DNA of 64,000 nt from a virus (taxonomy: Duplodnaviria; Caudoviricetes): IMG/VR virus record IMGVR_UViG_2522125155_000001, positions 1 through 64,000 of that record, one strand, 5' to 3'. A program made the translations under genes and the position numbers. The number at the start of each line of letters is the position of its first letter. The stretch's first letter is position 1. Positions 1 through 9,113 of the stretch are shown here, piece after piece. The notes beneath the pieces are model-generated. The model did not search any database, was not told where the DNA came from, and saw nothing but the letters and a program-made list of their open reading frames with translations.

Positions 1-1647
1 ATGGCCACCAAGAAGAAGCGTAGTGCGTTCAAGCGGCGAGGCAACCGCGTCATCATCTACATCCGAGTGTCGGACACCACGGGCCGCGAGGACCGCCTCA
101 TCTCGCACAAGGTGCAGGAGGACCAGTGCGCGCGGCTCAGCCAGCGCGAGGGGCTGGACGTCATCGACGTCATCAGCGACATCGACCTCTCTGGCCGGAC
201 CTCCGAGAAGCGCGCCATCCGGAAGATCATCGACCGCATCGAGCGGGGCGAGGCCGACGGCGTCGTCGTCTGGAAGATCAGCCGCTGGGGGCGCAACACC
301 ATCGACTCGATGCTCAACATCGGGGAACTGCAGGACGCGGGTGGCTTCATCGCTTCGGCCTCCGAGAACCTCGATGAGATCGACACCCCGGCGGGCAAGT
401 TCCAGTTGACCGTCCTGCTCGCCATCGCCCAGATGTACTCGGACGAGATCGGCAAGACGTGGGCCAACATCCATGACTACCGGGTCACCAACGGCAAGAC
501 GCACAACGGCTCCCCTCGGCTGGGATACGTCTACGCCAAGCACATCCCGGAGGACGCCGTCGACCGCTACCCGATGCCGGAGGGCGCGGACTACGCGGTC
601 GACCCGGAGACGGGTCCATGGGTGCGCAAGGCCTTCGAGTGGTACGCCGCCGGGGAGTCCTACCCCGAGATCGTCCGTCGGCTAGAGGCAGCCGGGATCA
701 AGTCGGTGCGGGGCAACCCCATCCGGGTCACGTCCCTGCGCGGCACGCTGGAGAGCGGCTTCGCTGCTGGGCTCGTGGTGGACCGTCGCGGAGAGGATGT
801 CGAGTACCGCCCCGGCAAGCACGAGGCGCTTGTGTCGCCGGAGACGTGGGAAGCCTGCCTCCAGCGTGCGAAGAAGAAGTCGGACCCTCGGACCAAGTCC
901 GCCCCGTTCAGGCTCGCAGGGCTGCTGTTCTGTGGCACCTGCGGGACGCGCATGGTGGCCCAGTGGCGCACCAACAAGAGGACCCAGAAGAAGTACCGCT
1001 TCTTCCGGTGCGGGCGCGTCCAGAAGACCTCCCGGATGGTCTGCCCGGCCCCCGCACTGGTCGACGAGACCCGCGCCGAGAAGACGATGCTGGAGTGGCT
1101 GCGCGAGAACGCCGAGGGTGAGTCGGCGAAGAACACTGAGATGTCGCGAGCCATGGCCGTCGACCGCGCGGAGGTGGACCTGACCAAGATCGACAAGGAG
1201 ATCTCGCGGCTCGACCGCTCCATGCTGCGCCTCTACAACGAGTACGAGGCGGGCCGCGTGGCGCAGCACGTCTACAAGTTGAAGGAGACGGAGATCCTCG
1301 AACAGCGCGAGCGACTCGAAGCCGCCAAGGACAGTGCCAACATCGCCGTGAAGGTCAACGCCATCCCATCCCTCACGGTCTTCGGGGCAGTGCTCGCAGG
1401 CTGGGAGCGCCTCTCTCCCGCCGTCATGAACGAAGCGCTGCAGGCAGTGGTCGGGGAGGTGCTCGTCTACAAGGCGGACCAGCGGTGGGCCCGCTCGCGC
1501 CTGCGCGTTGTAGGACAGTGGGAGGACATGGTGTCCCCGGGTCTTCGTGACCGAATGCGCGAGGTCCAAGAGGAGGCCAAGCGTCAGGCTGCCGAGGAGG
1601 TCAACTGGAAGCCGCTGGCGGCGAAGGCGGATCTGACCGCAGTCTGA
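1..1647 (+). CDS. int: Large serine recombinase (integrase)
   Basis: N-terminal resolvase motifs IYIRVS and VVWKISRWGR, recombinase domain, Zn-ribbon LAGLLFCGTCG...YRFFRC, C-terminal coiled coil. Confidence 0.95.
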   Translation: MATKKKRSAFKRRGNRVIIYIRVSDTTGREDRLISHKVQEDQCARLSQREGLDVIDVISDIDLSGRTSEKRAIRKIIDRIERGEADGVVVWKISRWGRNTIDSMLNIGELQDAGGFIASASENLDEIDTPAGKFQLTVLLAIAQMYSDEIGKTWANIHDYRVTNGKTHNGSPRLGYVYAKHIPEDAVDRYPMPEGADYAVDPETGPWVRKAFEWYAAGESYPEIVRRLEAAGIKSVRGNPIRVTSLRGTLESGFAAGLVVDRRGEDVEYRPGKHEALVSPETWEACLQRAKKKSDPRTKSAPFRLAGLLFCGTCGTRMVAQWRTNKRTQKKYRFFRCGRVQKTSRMVCPAPALVDETRAEKTMLEWLRENAEGESAKNTEMSRAMAVDRAEVDLTKIDKEISRLDRSMLRLYNEYEAGRVAQHVYKLKETEILEQRERLEAAKDSANIAVKVNAIPSLTVFGAVLAGWERLSPAVMNEALQAVVGEVLVYKADQRWARSRLRVVGQWEDMVSPGLRDRMREVQEEAKRQAAEEVNWKPLAAKADLTAV

Positions 1648-1658
1648 CGGGTAACGCA

Positions 1659-1692
1659 AGAGCCCCAACCGGGAATCACCGGTTGGGGCTCT
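1659..1692. terminator. Hairpin between convergent genes (probable bidirectional terminator)
   Basis: Perfect 14-bp stem AGAGCCCCAACCGG / CCGGTTGGGGCTCT with 6-nt loop. Confidence 0.8.
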
Positions 1693-1698
1693 CGTGTG

Positions 1699-1815
1699 TC
1701 ACGCGGCCTCCGCCATCTCCTGCTCTGGGGCGGGGAGGTCGCCCTGTTGATGAAGTTCGACGAGCGCGGGGCCCATGATGGCCCAGAAGCGGTTCCAGCA
1801 CTGTTCCTTGTCCAT
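1699..1815 (-). CDS. Small hypothetical protein (38 aa), probably leaderless
   Basis: MDKEQCWNRFWAIMG...; TATGGT -10-like hexamer 7 nt before ATG; ends at terminator. Confidence 0.5.
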   Translation of the reverse strand: MDKEQCWNRFWAIMGPALVELHQQGDLPAPEQEMAEAA

Positions 1816-1828
1816 GGCCGGAACCATA

Positions 1829-2335
1829 TCAGACAACCGGAACAGTGGTCCCGCTTGCCATGCGTGCGGCCCGCTGGGCTGCGATCTGCTCGCGCTGGTA
1901 GTCGGCAGCCTCCCGGTGGGTCGCGGGGGTGCCAGAGACGCGCACGGCGTCGAACTGCTCACCTGCCAGCAGCGACGTGGCCGCGCGGTGGGTACCCGAC
2001 AGCAGGACCTCGCGGTCCCGGACAGTGTCATGGAAGACGACGGGGTGCTGGTTGCCCGCCTGATGCGCGTCGGCGAAGAGAGTGCCGGGGTTCTTCATGT
2101 AGTGCTCGACACCTGCCCGGGTCAGCCCCGGCTGGCTTCCGTGAAGGTTGCGGGGGTCGACCTTCACCATGTGGGCCTCGGGGTTGGCCAGCGCCTCGTC
2201 GACCATGCGCGGGTCGAAGGTGCGGTGGGTGCGGGAGGGGGACGCCTGCGGGAAGGGGGAGACAGTGGTCGGAGACCCGTCCGGGAACATCTTCTCGACG
2301 GAGCCTGCGCCCCAGAACTGGGCCGTTCGTGACAT
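1829..2335 (-). CDS. ParB/Srx-like N-terminal domain protein
   Basis: PVVFHD...VLLSGTHRAAT resembles the ParB/Srx GHHR motif; GAGAGG RBS upstream. Confidence 0.6.
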   Translation of the reverse strand: MSRTAQFWGAGSVEKMFPDGSPTTVSPFPQASPSRTHRTFDPRMVDEALANPEAHMVKVDPRNLHGSQPGLTRAGVEHYMKNPGTLFADAHQAGNQHPVVFHDTVRDREVLLSGTHRAATSLLAGEQFDAVRVSGTPATHREAADYQREQIAAQRAARMASGTTVPVV

Positions 2336-2363
2336 GGGTGACCTCTCGTGGTTCACTTGTGGA

Positions 2364-2391
2364 GTCAATCAGTACAAGGGTACCGATTGAC
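2364..2391. promoter_or_regulatory. 28-bp dyad motif between divergent genes
   Basis: GTCAATCAG-TACAAGGGTA-CCGATTGAC. Confidence 0.75.
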
Positions 2392-2424
2392 ACGCAACGC
2401 TTTCCGAATCTGAAAGGCCCCACC

Positions 2425-3843
2425 TTGGCCCTCTCGACACCCGGACTGCGCGGGCTCTACGAGTCCGACGCCCGTGTCCGAAAAGCCCTCGACTCCGATC
2501 AACCCTCGCCCGAGGTGGCCCGCTACCTCGCGGACGCCGGGTACCAGACCAGCGAGCGGGCGGTGAGACGGCTGCGGGCTCGGGTGGCTCATCCCGACGG
2601 GCGGCTGACGCCCAACTCGATCCCGGACCGGCTCATCGAGAGCCAGAGCAAGAAGCGCATCGAGGGCAGTGCCTCCCTGAAGGACGGCGGCAAGGAGGGG
2701 ACCTTCGAGGTCCGCCTCCCGGAGCCCATCGTCAACGACAACTGGGACCACGTCTTCGAGCACTTCAACCTCGACCCCGAGAAGTTCTTCATCGTCGGCG
2801 ACACCGTCAACATGAAGATGTCGAAGTGGGAGCAGTCCAAGCGCACCGAGGACGGCGACCGCGACATGGCGCAACTGAGCGCCTACTCCTACTCGGCCGC
2901 GTTCAAGCGCCGCAGCGACGAGGCCATCCGGCCCGAGGTCTTCGAGCAGTGGCGCATGCAGATCCTCGACCGCCCGTTCGAGCCGGTGCTTCATACGAGG
3001 CTCGCGATCCCGCGAGGCACGTACGACCTGAACATCGCAGACCCGCAGTTGGGCAAGAAGGGCACGGCCGAGGCCGTCGAGAACTGGCAGCGCGGTGTGC
3101 GCTGTCACAAGGAAGAGATCAAGCGCCTGACGGCCTTCGGGACGCCCGTGGAGCGCGTGCACGTCGCGTGGCTCGGTGACGAGACCGAGGGCGTCGCGAA
3201 CAACTACGGCAACCAGCCCCACACGGTGGAGTTGAACCAGACGCAGCAGTTGGAGTTGGACTTCGACCTGCGCATGTGGACGCTGCGAGAGTTGCTCGAA
3301 CTCGGCATCCCCCTCTCGGCGTCCTCCGTCATCTCCAACCACGGCGAGTGGACGCGCAATGGGTCCAAGGACGTCGTCACGACGAAGAACGACAACGCCA
3401 GCACCCACATCGCCCGGCAGGTGCAGAAGGCCTTCGCGACGCTGGAGCCCTTCGGCATCCCGCACATCGACTGGACCATCGGCGAGGACCACCCGGGCAT
3501 CGTCGTCAACCTGTCCGGGATCGACACCTACTTCTCCCACGGCTACATCGAGAAGGGTCGTGGGCAGTCCACGGAGATCCGCACCAAGGCAGCCATCGAG
3601 CGCCAGATCCTAGGCGACACGCCGCGATTCGGGCCCGTTCCGCTCTGGATGATGGCCCACTACCACCACTTCTACGCGCAGGAGTTCGAGGGCCGCACGC
3701 TCTTCGGCATGCCCGCGCTGGAGGCCGAGCGCTCGTCCGAGTACATGCTCCACCAGTTCGGCGTATGGAGCCCTTCCGGCATGTTCGGGGCAGTGGTCGG
3801 CGACCACCTCGCTCGCGGCTGGTCCAACGTCAACGTCTTCTAA
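2425..3843 (+). CDS. Calcineurin-like metallophosphoesterase (Mre11-like nuclease family)
   Basis: Motifs IADPQLG, LGDETEG, SNHGE, SHG, AHYHH; TTG start with GAAAGG RBS. Confidence 0.8.
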   Translation: MALSTPGLRGLYESDARVRKALDSDQPSPEVARYLADAGYQTSERAVRRLRARVAHPDGRLTPNSIPDRLIESQSKKRIEGSASLKDGGKEGTFEVRLPEPIVNDNWDHVFEHFNLDPEKFFIVGDTVNMKMSKWEQSKRTEDGDRDMAQLSAYSYSAAFKRRSDEAIRPEVFEQWRMQILDRPFEPVLHTRLAIPRGTYDLNIADPQLGKKGTAEAVENWQRGVRCHKEEIKRLTAFGTPVERVHVAWLGDETEGVANNYGNQPHTVELNQTQQLELDFDLRMWTLRELLELGIPLSASSVISNHGEWTRNGSKDVVTTKNDNASTHIARQVQKAFATLEPFGIPHIDWTIGEDHPGIVVNLSGIDTYFSHGYIEKGRGQSTEIRTKAAIERQILGDTPRFGPVPLWMMAHYHHFYAQEFEGRTLFGMPALEAERSSEYMLHQFGVWSPSGMFGAVVGDHLARGWSNVNVF

Positions 3844-3872
3844 TCCCATTACCGAATAAGGAGATTCACCAA

Positions 3873-4052
3873 ATGCCCGAGTTCAAGTTCGACGTCCGCT
3901 GGGAGTGGAATAGCACCGTCACGGTCTATGCCGATAGCCCCGAGGAGGCCGAGGCAGTGGCCGTTTCCGCTGCTCAGGAGCAGTTCGCCGAGGAGATGGA
4001 AGGCTCGCTTCCTCCGCAGGACGATATCGAGGTCTACCCGATAAGCGACTGA
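3873..4052 (+). CDS. Small acidic hypothetical protein
   Basis: AAGGAG RBS; MPEFKFDVRW... Confidence 0.7.
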   Translation: MPEFKFDVRWEWNSTVTVYADSPEEAEAVAVSAAQEQFAEEMEGSLPPQDDIEVYPISD

Positions 4053-4220
4053 CAAGAACGTCAAGCGGATCAGTCGCTTTACTTGCGCTATACCTTCAAA
4101 GGTGTTCTACTAGTTACTACCAGACAGGCACGACAGGCGCTTCCGATCTACAGTGGCCACCAAGGACCACGGCGCTTGAAGGCAGGGAAACTGTCTGGTC
4201 GAGGAAAGGTGTAGGACACC

Positions 4221-4436
4221 ATGGCAAGCAATCTGGGCGCAGACAAGGACACCGCGAAGATGATGCGCGCCGCCACGAAGACGTGGGGCAAGCAGTCCGT
4301 CCGTATGACCAAGAGCAACCACATCCAGTTCCTCCCTCCGCACTCGCGCATCATCATCACCGGCTCGCTCACGGGCTCGGTGACCAGTCAGCGCAAGTTG
4401 CGGGGGCAACTGCGCAAGGCCGGTCTCGCAGTCTGA
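4221..4436 (+). CDS. HicA-like small basic protein
   Basis: 71 aa, TKSNHIQF and C-terminal LRKAGL resemble the HicA dsRBD-like fold. Confidence 0.55.
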   Translation: MASNLGADKDTAKMMRAATKTWGKQSVRMTKSNHIQFLPPHSRIIITGSLTGSVTSQRKLRGQLRKAGLAV

Positions 4437-4526
4437 GGCAAGCCGCTCGACCGTACAACTTGACACACCGCTGGCCGTACCCTTAGGGGGACAGTTCCTA
4501 CGCCCAGTTCGGAGGCCTACACACCC

Positions 4527-4838
4527 GTGTTGACCATGCTCTCGCAGAGCGCCTCCGAACTGGGCGTAGATGTTGATCCACGGGTTCTCGGGCCCCTCGC
4601 TGCCTTCGTCTTCCTGATCTTCACCTTCGAGGTGGTCGTGTCGGGCAAGGCCTACAAGCGCGAGGTGGAGGAGAACGCACGACTCCGCGAGATGAACGCC
4701 AAGATCATCCCAGTCGCCGAGGAGATGGTGTCCCTCTCCAAGAAGATGATCGAGGTCACCGACAGCACCGGTAAGGCGCTGGAGGACTTCGTCGCTTGGT
4801 GGACTACGGAGTCATCGACTCGATGGGTAGGCAGATGA
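4527..4838 (+). CDS. Membrane protein (one TM plus coiled coil)
   Basis: Hydrophobic segment VLGPLAAFVFLIFTFEVVV; GGAGG RBS. Confidence 0.7.
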   Translation: MLTMLSQSASELGVDVDPRVLGPLAAFVFLIFTFEVVVSGKAYKREVEENARLREMNAKIIPVAEEMVSLSKKMIEVTDSTGKALEDFVAWWTTESSTRWVGR

Positions 4839-5047
4839 GCATTGGCACACCAGTACTCACGAGGGACGAGCGCGATGCGCGCTACCTCTCTCTGCTCGGC
4901 GATCTGAACTCGCTCCAGCAGATGACGCAAGACCACCATGCCGCTGTCGACCAGCGCATGAGTCGGATCCGGGGAACCATCCTCGCGCTGCACGAGACTC
5001 ACAACCTCACCGCGTCCGCAACTAGCCTTGTAAACGATGTTCGTTGA
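4835..5047 (+). CDS. Hypothetical protein
   Basis: ATGA overlap with the upstream stop. Confidence 0.55.
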   Translation: MSIGTPVLTRDERDARYLSLLGDLNSLQQMTQDHHAAVDQRMSRIRGTILALHETHNLTASATSLVNDVR

Positions 5048-5182
5048 CGCGTGCCAGAACCGAGACGGTGTCTGGCTGTACCACGCCAAGGGGTGCCCTC
5101 ACTTCGCTTCGCGCGAGGAGGACGGCACACCGGTGGTGGCGCGCGGCTGGACAGCACAGCAGACCCCGATCAAGGAGTACCC

Positions 5183-5539
5183 ATGGCAACGAAGAGTGAC
5201 ATCGTGAGCGACACCGACCACCTCACCGGTTGGACGGTCCAGCAGGGCGGCGTTCCGGCGGCTCCGGAGAGCGTCCCGGGCAACGTCATCAAGGCCGAGG
5301 AGTTGCCGCTGGCCTCCTCGCTGGAGAAGCAGGGCGTCGACCCCAAGCAGTACTTCGCCAACCTCCACATCGTCGCCGGTGAGGACGAGAAGGCCGTCGC
5401 GCGTGGCGAGAAGCCGGGCGAGGTCGAGGAGGTCTCGGCCGAGGACGCCGTGGCCGAGCAGGAGAAGGACGCCGACGAGGCCGACGAGAAGGACGAGGCT
5501 CCCGCCAAGGCCCCTCGCAAGTCCGGCAAGGCTGCCTGA
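5183..5539 (+). CDS. Acidic hypothetical protein
   Basis: AAGGAG RBS, typical codon usage. Confidence 0.8.
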   Translation: MATKSDIVSDTDHLTGWTVQQGGVPAAPESVPGNVIKAEELPLASSLEKQGVDPKQYFANLHIVAGEDEKAVARGEKPGEVEEVSAEDAVAEQEKDADEADEKDEAPAKAPRKSGKAA

Positions 5540-5553
5540 CCCCACCCCGTTCA

Positions 5554-5590
5554 CGATCCCCGGTTCGACTGACTGTTGAGCCGGGGATCG
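5554..5590. terminator. Intergenic hairpin
   Basis: CGATCCCCGGTTCGAC / GTTGAGCCGGGGATCG stem. Confidence 0.6.
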
Positions 5591-5611
5591 GCATATCCGA
5601 AGGAGGCCACC

Positions 5612-6088
5612 ATGGCCCGCAGGCGCGTTTCGGTCCCGAGCATCGCTGACATGATGCGGGGCCAGAAGGCCAACCTCACTGCGTACGAGCGCGAAGTCCT
5701 CGGCGCAGCAAATCAACCCAGCGTCTCCGGCCGTGGTCGGGGAGCAGACGGCATCGGTGTGTCCGCTCGCGCGCAGGCGCAGCAGAAGATGGACCACGAA
5801 CTCGCCATGGCCATGCAGGAGGCCAAGGAGGGCGACGACTACAACCTCCTGCCGTACCAGCCGACCCCGTCGATCAACCCGCCTCGCCCGCGCACGTTGG
5901 CAGCGGGCTACGACAAGAACACCGGCGTGATGCGGGTGCGCTTCCGCGAGGGTGCGGTCTACGGCTACTCCGACGTGACCCCCCGCGAGTGGGCGAACTT
6001 CCGCCGGGTGAAGTCCCCGGGCCGCGCGATCAACCGCACCTTCAACGGCAAGCCCTACTGGCGAGAGACGATGTTCGAGCAGCACTGA
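5612..6088 (+). CDS. KTSC-domain protein
   Basis: GYD...MRVRFREGAVYGYSDV...SPGRAIN is the KTSC pattern; AAGGAGG RBS. Confidence 0.8.
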   Translation: MARRRVSVPSIADMMRGQKANLTAYEREVLGAANQPSVSGRGRGADGIGVSARAQAQQKMDHELAMAMQEAKEGDDYNLLPYQPTPSINPPRPRTLAAGYDKNTGVMRVRFREGAVYGYSDVTPREWANFRRVKSPGRAINRTFNGKPYWRETMFEQH

Positions 6089-6135
6089 CAACCGGAACTA
6101 TCACTCTGGTTGTCGGCTTGACTAGCGTGGTCGGC

Positions 6136-6450
6136 ATGGCACAGACAACGACACACGACGTGGGGCGGCTCTTCTGGCACGTCATCCGCGTGCGGAAGGG
6201 TACGCCACTCCATCACCGCGCGCTGACGCAGGAGTACGACGACCCCTTCCGCTTCTCGAACTCGCACATCATCAGGCTCCCCTTCGGGCGGGCACTCGTC
6301 CTTGGAAGGTGGCACACCGATGAAGCGCTCGACGAGACGACTGCTCTGCGCCGGGCTACTCACGTTGCTGGTGCTAGCGGCATCGACTGGGAGTGGGACG
6401 TCGACACCGACGACGACGGACGACTCCGACTCCTCTACGGTGGACGCTGA
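6136..6450 (+). CDS. Hypothetical protein (probably leaderless)
   Basis: TAGCGT 7 nt before ATG; dyad motif at 6087-6114 upstream. Confidence 0.65.
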   Translation: MAQTTTHDVGRLFWHVIRVRKGTPLHHRALTQEYDDPFRFSNSHIIRLPFGRALVLGRWHTDEALDETTALRRATHVAGASGIDWEWDVDTDDDGRLRLLYGGR

Positions 6451-6580
6451 GGCTCAGGAGCGGGAGGCCGTGCAGGAACTGACCCCGGAGAGCCGGGATC
6501 GCCTGCGCGCCATGCTCGCTCGAACATCGAGCGACATCAACGAAGAGTGGTTCGCACTACAGGACTGGGGACTCGCATGA
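6440..6580 (+). CDS. Small hypothetical protein
   Basis: Fills the gap between overlapping genes; GTG start. Confidence 0.5.
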   Translation: MDAEAQEREAVQELTPESRDRLRAMLARTSSDINEEWFALQDWGLA

Positions 6581-6816
6581 TCATCGGCAAGGCGCAGACC
6601 GCCTCCGACCTTCACCCGACCTCGCGCAAGGCGCGCAAGCGGCTGTCCCGCCTCGCTGACGCCGACGTCGTGCGCTACGGTGACAACGCCTGCTCGCAGG
6701 TCAACCGGATGCTCGGGGAGTACGTCAACACCTCCGAGCCGCTGGCACTGGACGACGCCCACACGCAGGCGCTCGTGCTGCTTGCCTCCATCGAGACGCT
6801 GCTCTCCCGCCGCTGA
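6577..6816 (+). CDS. Hypothetical protein
   Basis: ATGA coupling, good codon usage. Confidence 0.7.
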   Translation: MIIGKAQTASDLHPTSRKARKRLSRLADADVVRYGDNACSQVNRMLGEYVNTSEPLALDDAHTQALVLLASIETLLSRR

Positions 6817-6819
6817 GGA

Positions 6820-6848
6820 TTGTCAACCGATCCCGACGGTGGTATTGT
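6820..6848 (+). promoter_or_regulatory. SigA/HrdB-like promoter overlapped by the dyad motif
   Basis: TTGTCA-17nt-TATTGT, ATG 7 nt downstream. Confidence 0.7.
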
Positions 6849-6855
6849 CATTGAC

Positions 6856-7104
6856 ATGACGACAACCCCTGACACTGAGCCCCTCGGCCCCTACGAGGCC
6901 ACCGTCCTCGCCGAGTTCCCCCGCCGCCACGACCTCACGGCCCGGGTCTCCCGGGTGGAGGTGGACGGCGTCATCTACCTCGACATCCGCGAGTGGGTCC
7001 CCTCGATCAACCAGTGGGGTCGCGGCATCCTGCTCCCGGCTCGCATCGCGAAGAGCGTCGGGGCCACCCTGACGGAGGAGACCGCAGATGTCGACGACGC
7101 CTGA
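6856..7104 (+). CDS. PC4/YdbC-like ssDNA-binding protein
   Basis: RVSRVEVDGVIYLDIREW...RGILLP matches the PC4 pattern. Confidence 0.7.
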   Translation: MTTTPDTEPLGPYEATVLAEFPRRHDLTARVSRVEVDGVIYLDIREWVPSINQWGRGILLPARIAKSVGATLTEETADVDDA

Positions 7105-7372
7105 GGGGTTCCTCTACGAGGTCCGCTGCGCCGGGTGCGCGCGGCAGGTCGGCGTCAGCCGCGTCTCCAAGTACGGGGTCTTCTGCGACGAGTTCGACGC
7201 GTGGGACTTCGGGGTCTCGAACACCGAGCAGCGTGACGCGGTCGTCGAGGCCATCATCCGGGACACGGACAAGTCGCAGGCCGAGGTGGCCCGCGAGTTC
7301 GGCTTCACCCGCCAGCGCATGTACCAGTTGCGCAGCAACAGGGACATCAGGAAGACCGCCGCCGCCAAGTGA
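7088..7372 (+). CDS. Zn-finger/HTH DNA-binding protein
   Basis: CAGC...FC plus SQAEVAREFGFTRQRMYQL HTH. Confidence 0.7.
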   Translation: MSTTPEGFLYEVRCAGCARQVGVSRVSKYGVFCDEFDAWDFGVSNTEQRDAVVEAIIRDTDKSQAEVAREFGFTRQRMYQLRSNRDIRKTAAAK

Positions 7373-7393
7373 GGTGACGCGCGGATCTACCAC

Positions 7394-7428
7394 AAGGCCT
7401 CCGGTTCTACAAGAGCCGGGGGCCTTTT
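7394..7428 (+). terminator. Intrinsic terminator
   Basis: AAGGCCTCCGGTTCT/AGAGCCGGGGGCCTT stem plus T tract. Confidence 0.8.
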
Positions 7429-7482
7429 CCCTACCCTTGGAGACGATGCAGAACTTCTTCGTGGGAATGGGTGTAAACCGGC

Positions 7483-9054
7483 ATGTCCGATCTGGTTGAT
7501 GAGCAAGACGAGTTTGGCGACGAGACCGAGGCCGAGCGTGCTGCCCGGGAGATGCTCGAAGACGCCGTCAACTCCATCTCCATGGAGACCGTGGAGATGC
7601 TCATCGACAAGATGATGCTCGTGGTCGACGAACTCTCCGGCCACCCCCTGCGCCCCTACCAGATCCCCTTCGCCCGGCGGATCTTGGAGTCGCTGATCAT
7701 CAACGACGGCGCGACCCTCACGGCCCTCTTCGCCCGCCAGAGCGGCAAGTCGGAGACGGTGGCCAACGTCATCGCCGCCGTCATGATCATGTTCCCGCGC
7801 CTCGCGAAGATCTTCCCCGACCTGCTCGGCCGCTTCTCCGAGGGCGTCTGGGTTGGTGCCTTCGCGCCGGTCGACGATCAGGCCGACACCCTCTTCACCC
7901 GCATCACGCGCAACCTCCAGAGCGAGCGCGCCATGGACATCCTCGCGGACCCCGACATCGACGAGACGGTCGTCTCGAAGTCGAAGGAGTTCCACCTGAA
8001 GAAGTGCGGCTCGCTCGTCCGCAAGCAGACCGCCCACCCGCGCGCCACCATCGAAGGCCGCACGTACCACCTCATGCTCATCGACGAGTGTCAGGGCGCG
8101 GACGAGGTCATGGTCAACAAGTCCATCGGCCCGATGGGTGCCTCGACCAACGCGACGATGATCTTCACCGGCACCCCCACCTACACCAAGGGCGTCTTCT
8201 ACAAGACGATCCAGATGAACAAGCGGCAGGCCACCCGTCGCGGGGCCCGCCAGAACCACTTCGACGCCGACTGGAAGGCCGTCGCGAAGACCAGCGAGAA
8301 CTACAAGAAGTTCGTGCTGAAGGAGATGCTCCGCATCGGCGAGGACTCCGACGAGTTCAAGTTGGCCTACCGCCTCATGTGGCTGCTCGACCGAGGGATG
8401 TTCGTCACCTCGGAGCGGCTGGAGGAACTGGGCGACAAGAGCATGGAGATCGTCCCGGCCTACAGCAACTCGCCGGTCATCGTCGGCATCGACCCAGCGC
8501 GCAAGATCGACTCCACCATCGTCACCGTGGTGTGGGTCGACTGGGATCATCCCGACCAGTTCGGCTACTACGAGCACCGGGTCCTCTCGTGGCTCGACCT
8601 CGGCGGCATGAACTGGGAGGAGCAGTACTTCCGCATCGTCGAGTTCCTCTCCAACTACCGCGTCATGGCCGTCGGCATCGACAGCGGGGGAGTGGGCGAC
8701 GTCGTGGCCCAACGCCTGCGGATCCTCATGCCCCACACCGAGGTCGTGGACGTCTCCTCCTCCCGGCCGGAGCAGTCCAAGCGCTGGAAGCACCTGTCGG
8801 AGTTGATCGACCGGGGCAAGATCGGCTGGCCCGCGCACGCCAAGACGCGACGGCTGAAGGCCTACCAGCGGTTCATCCAGCAGATGGCCGATCTGGAGAA
8901 GCACTTCGAGGGCCCACACGTCCTCGGTGCTGCCCCGAACGAGCGCGACGCGCACGACGACTACGCCGACAGCCTCGCCATCGCGTGCAGCCTGACGACC
9001 GACCTGACGATGCCGACGGTCGAGGTCTCCAGCGCTTCGTGGCTCCGTGGGTGA
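7483..9054 (+). CDS. terL: Terminase large subunit
   Basis: Walker A ARQSGKS, Walker B LIDECQ, nuclease VGIDPA and HDDYADS. Confidence 0.95.
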   Translation: MSDLVDEQDEFGDETEAERAAREMLEDAVNSISMETVEMLIDKMMLVVDELSGHPLRPYQIPFARRILESLIINDGATLTALFARQSGKSETVANVIAAVMIMFPRLAKIFPDLLGRFSEGVWVGAFAPVDDQADTLFTRITRNLQSERAMDILADPDIDETVVSKSKEFHLKKCGSLVRKQTAHPRATIEGRTYHLMLIDECQGADEVMVNKSIGPMGASTNATMIFTGTPTYTKGVFYKTIQMNKRQATRRGARQNHFDADWKAVAKTSENYKKFVLKEMLRIGEDSDEFKLAYRLMWLLDRGMFVTSERLEELGDKSMEIVPAYSNSPVIVGIDPARKIDSTIVTVVWVDWDHPDQFGYYEHRVLSWLDLGGMNWEEQYFRIVEFLSNYRVMAVGIDSGGVGDVVAQRLRILMPHTEVVDVSSSRPEQSKRWKHLSELIDRGKIGWPAHAKTRRLKAYQRFIQQMADLEKHFEGPHVLGAAPNERDAHDDYADSLAIACSLTTDLTMPTVEVSSASWLRG

Positions 9055-9113
9055 CAAGCGGATCAGCCAAACCAATACCCTAGAAGGGTTTCTAGGAATA
9101 AGGGAGGCCGACC

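Noticed and set aside
2364-2391. Inverted repeat near the integrase as attP
   Set aside because: It is one copy of the dispersed 28-bp dyad family, not a unique site
1696-2424. N-terminal 243 codons of the 715-aa ORF
   Set aside because: Antisense shadow of two minus-strand genes; the real start is probably TTG at 2425 with a GAAAGG RBS
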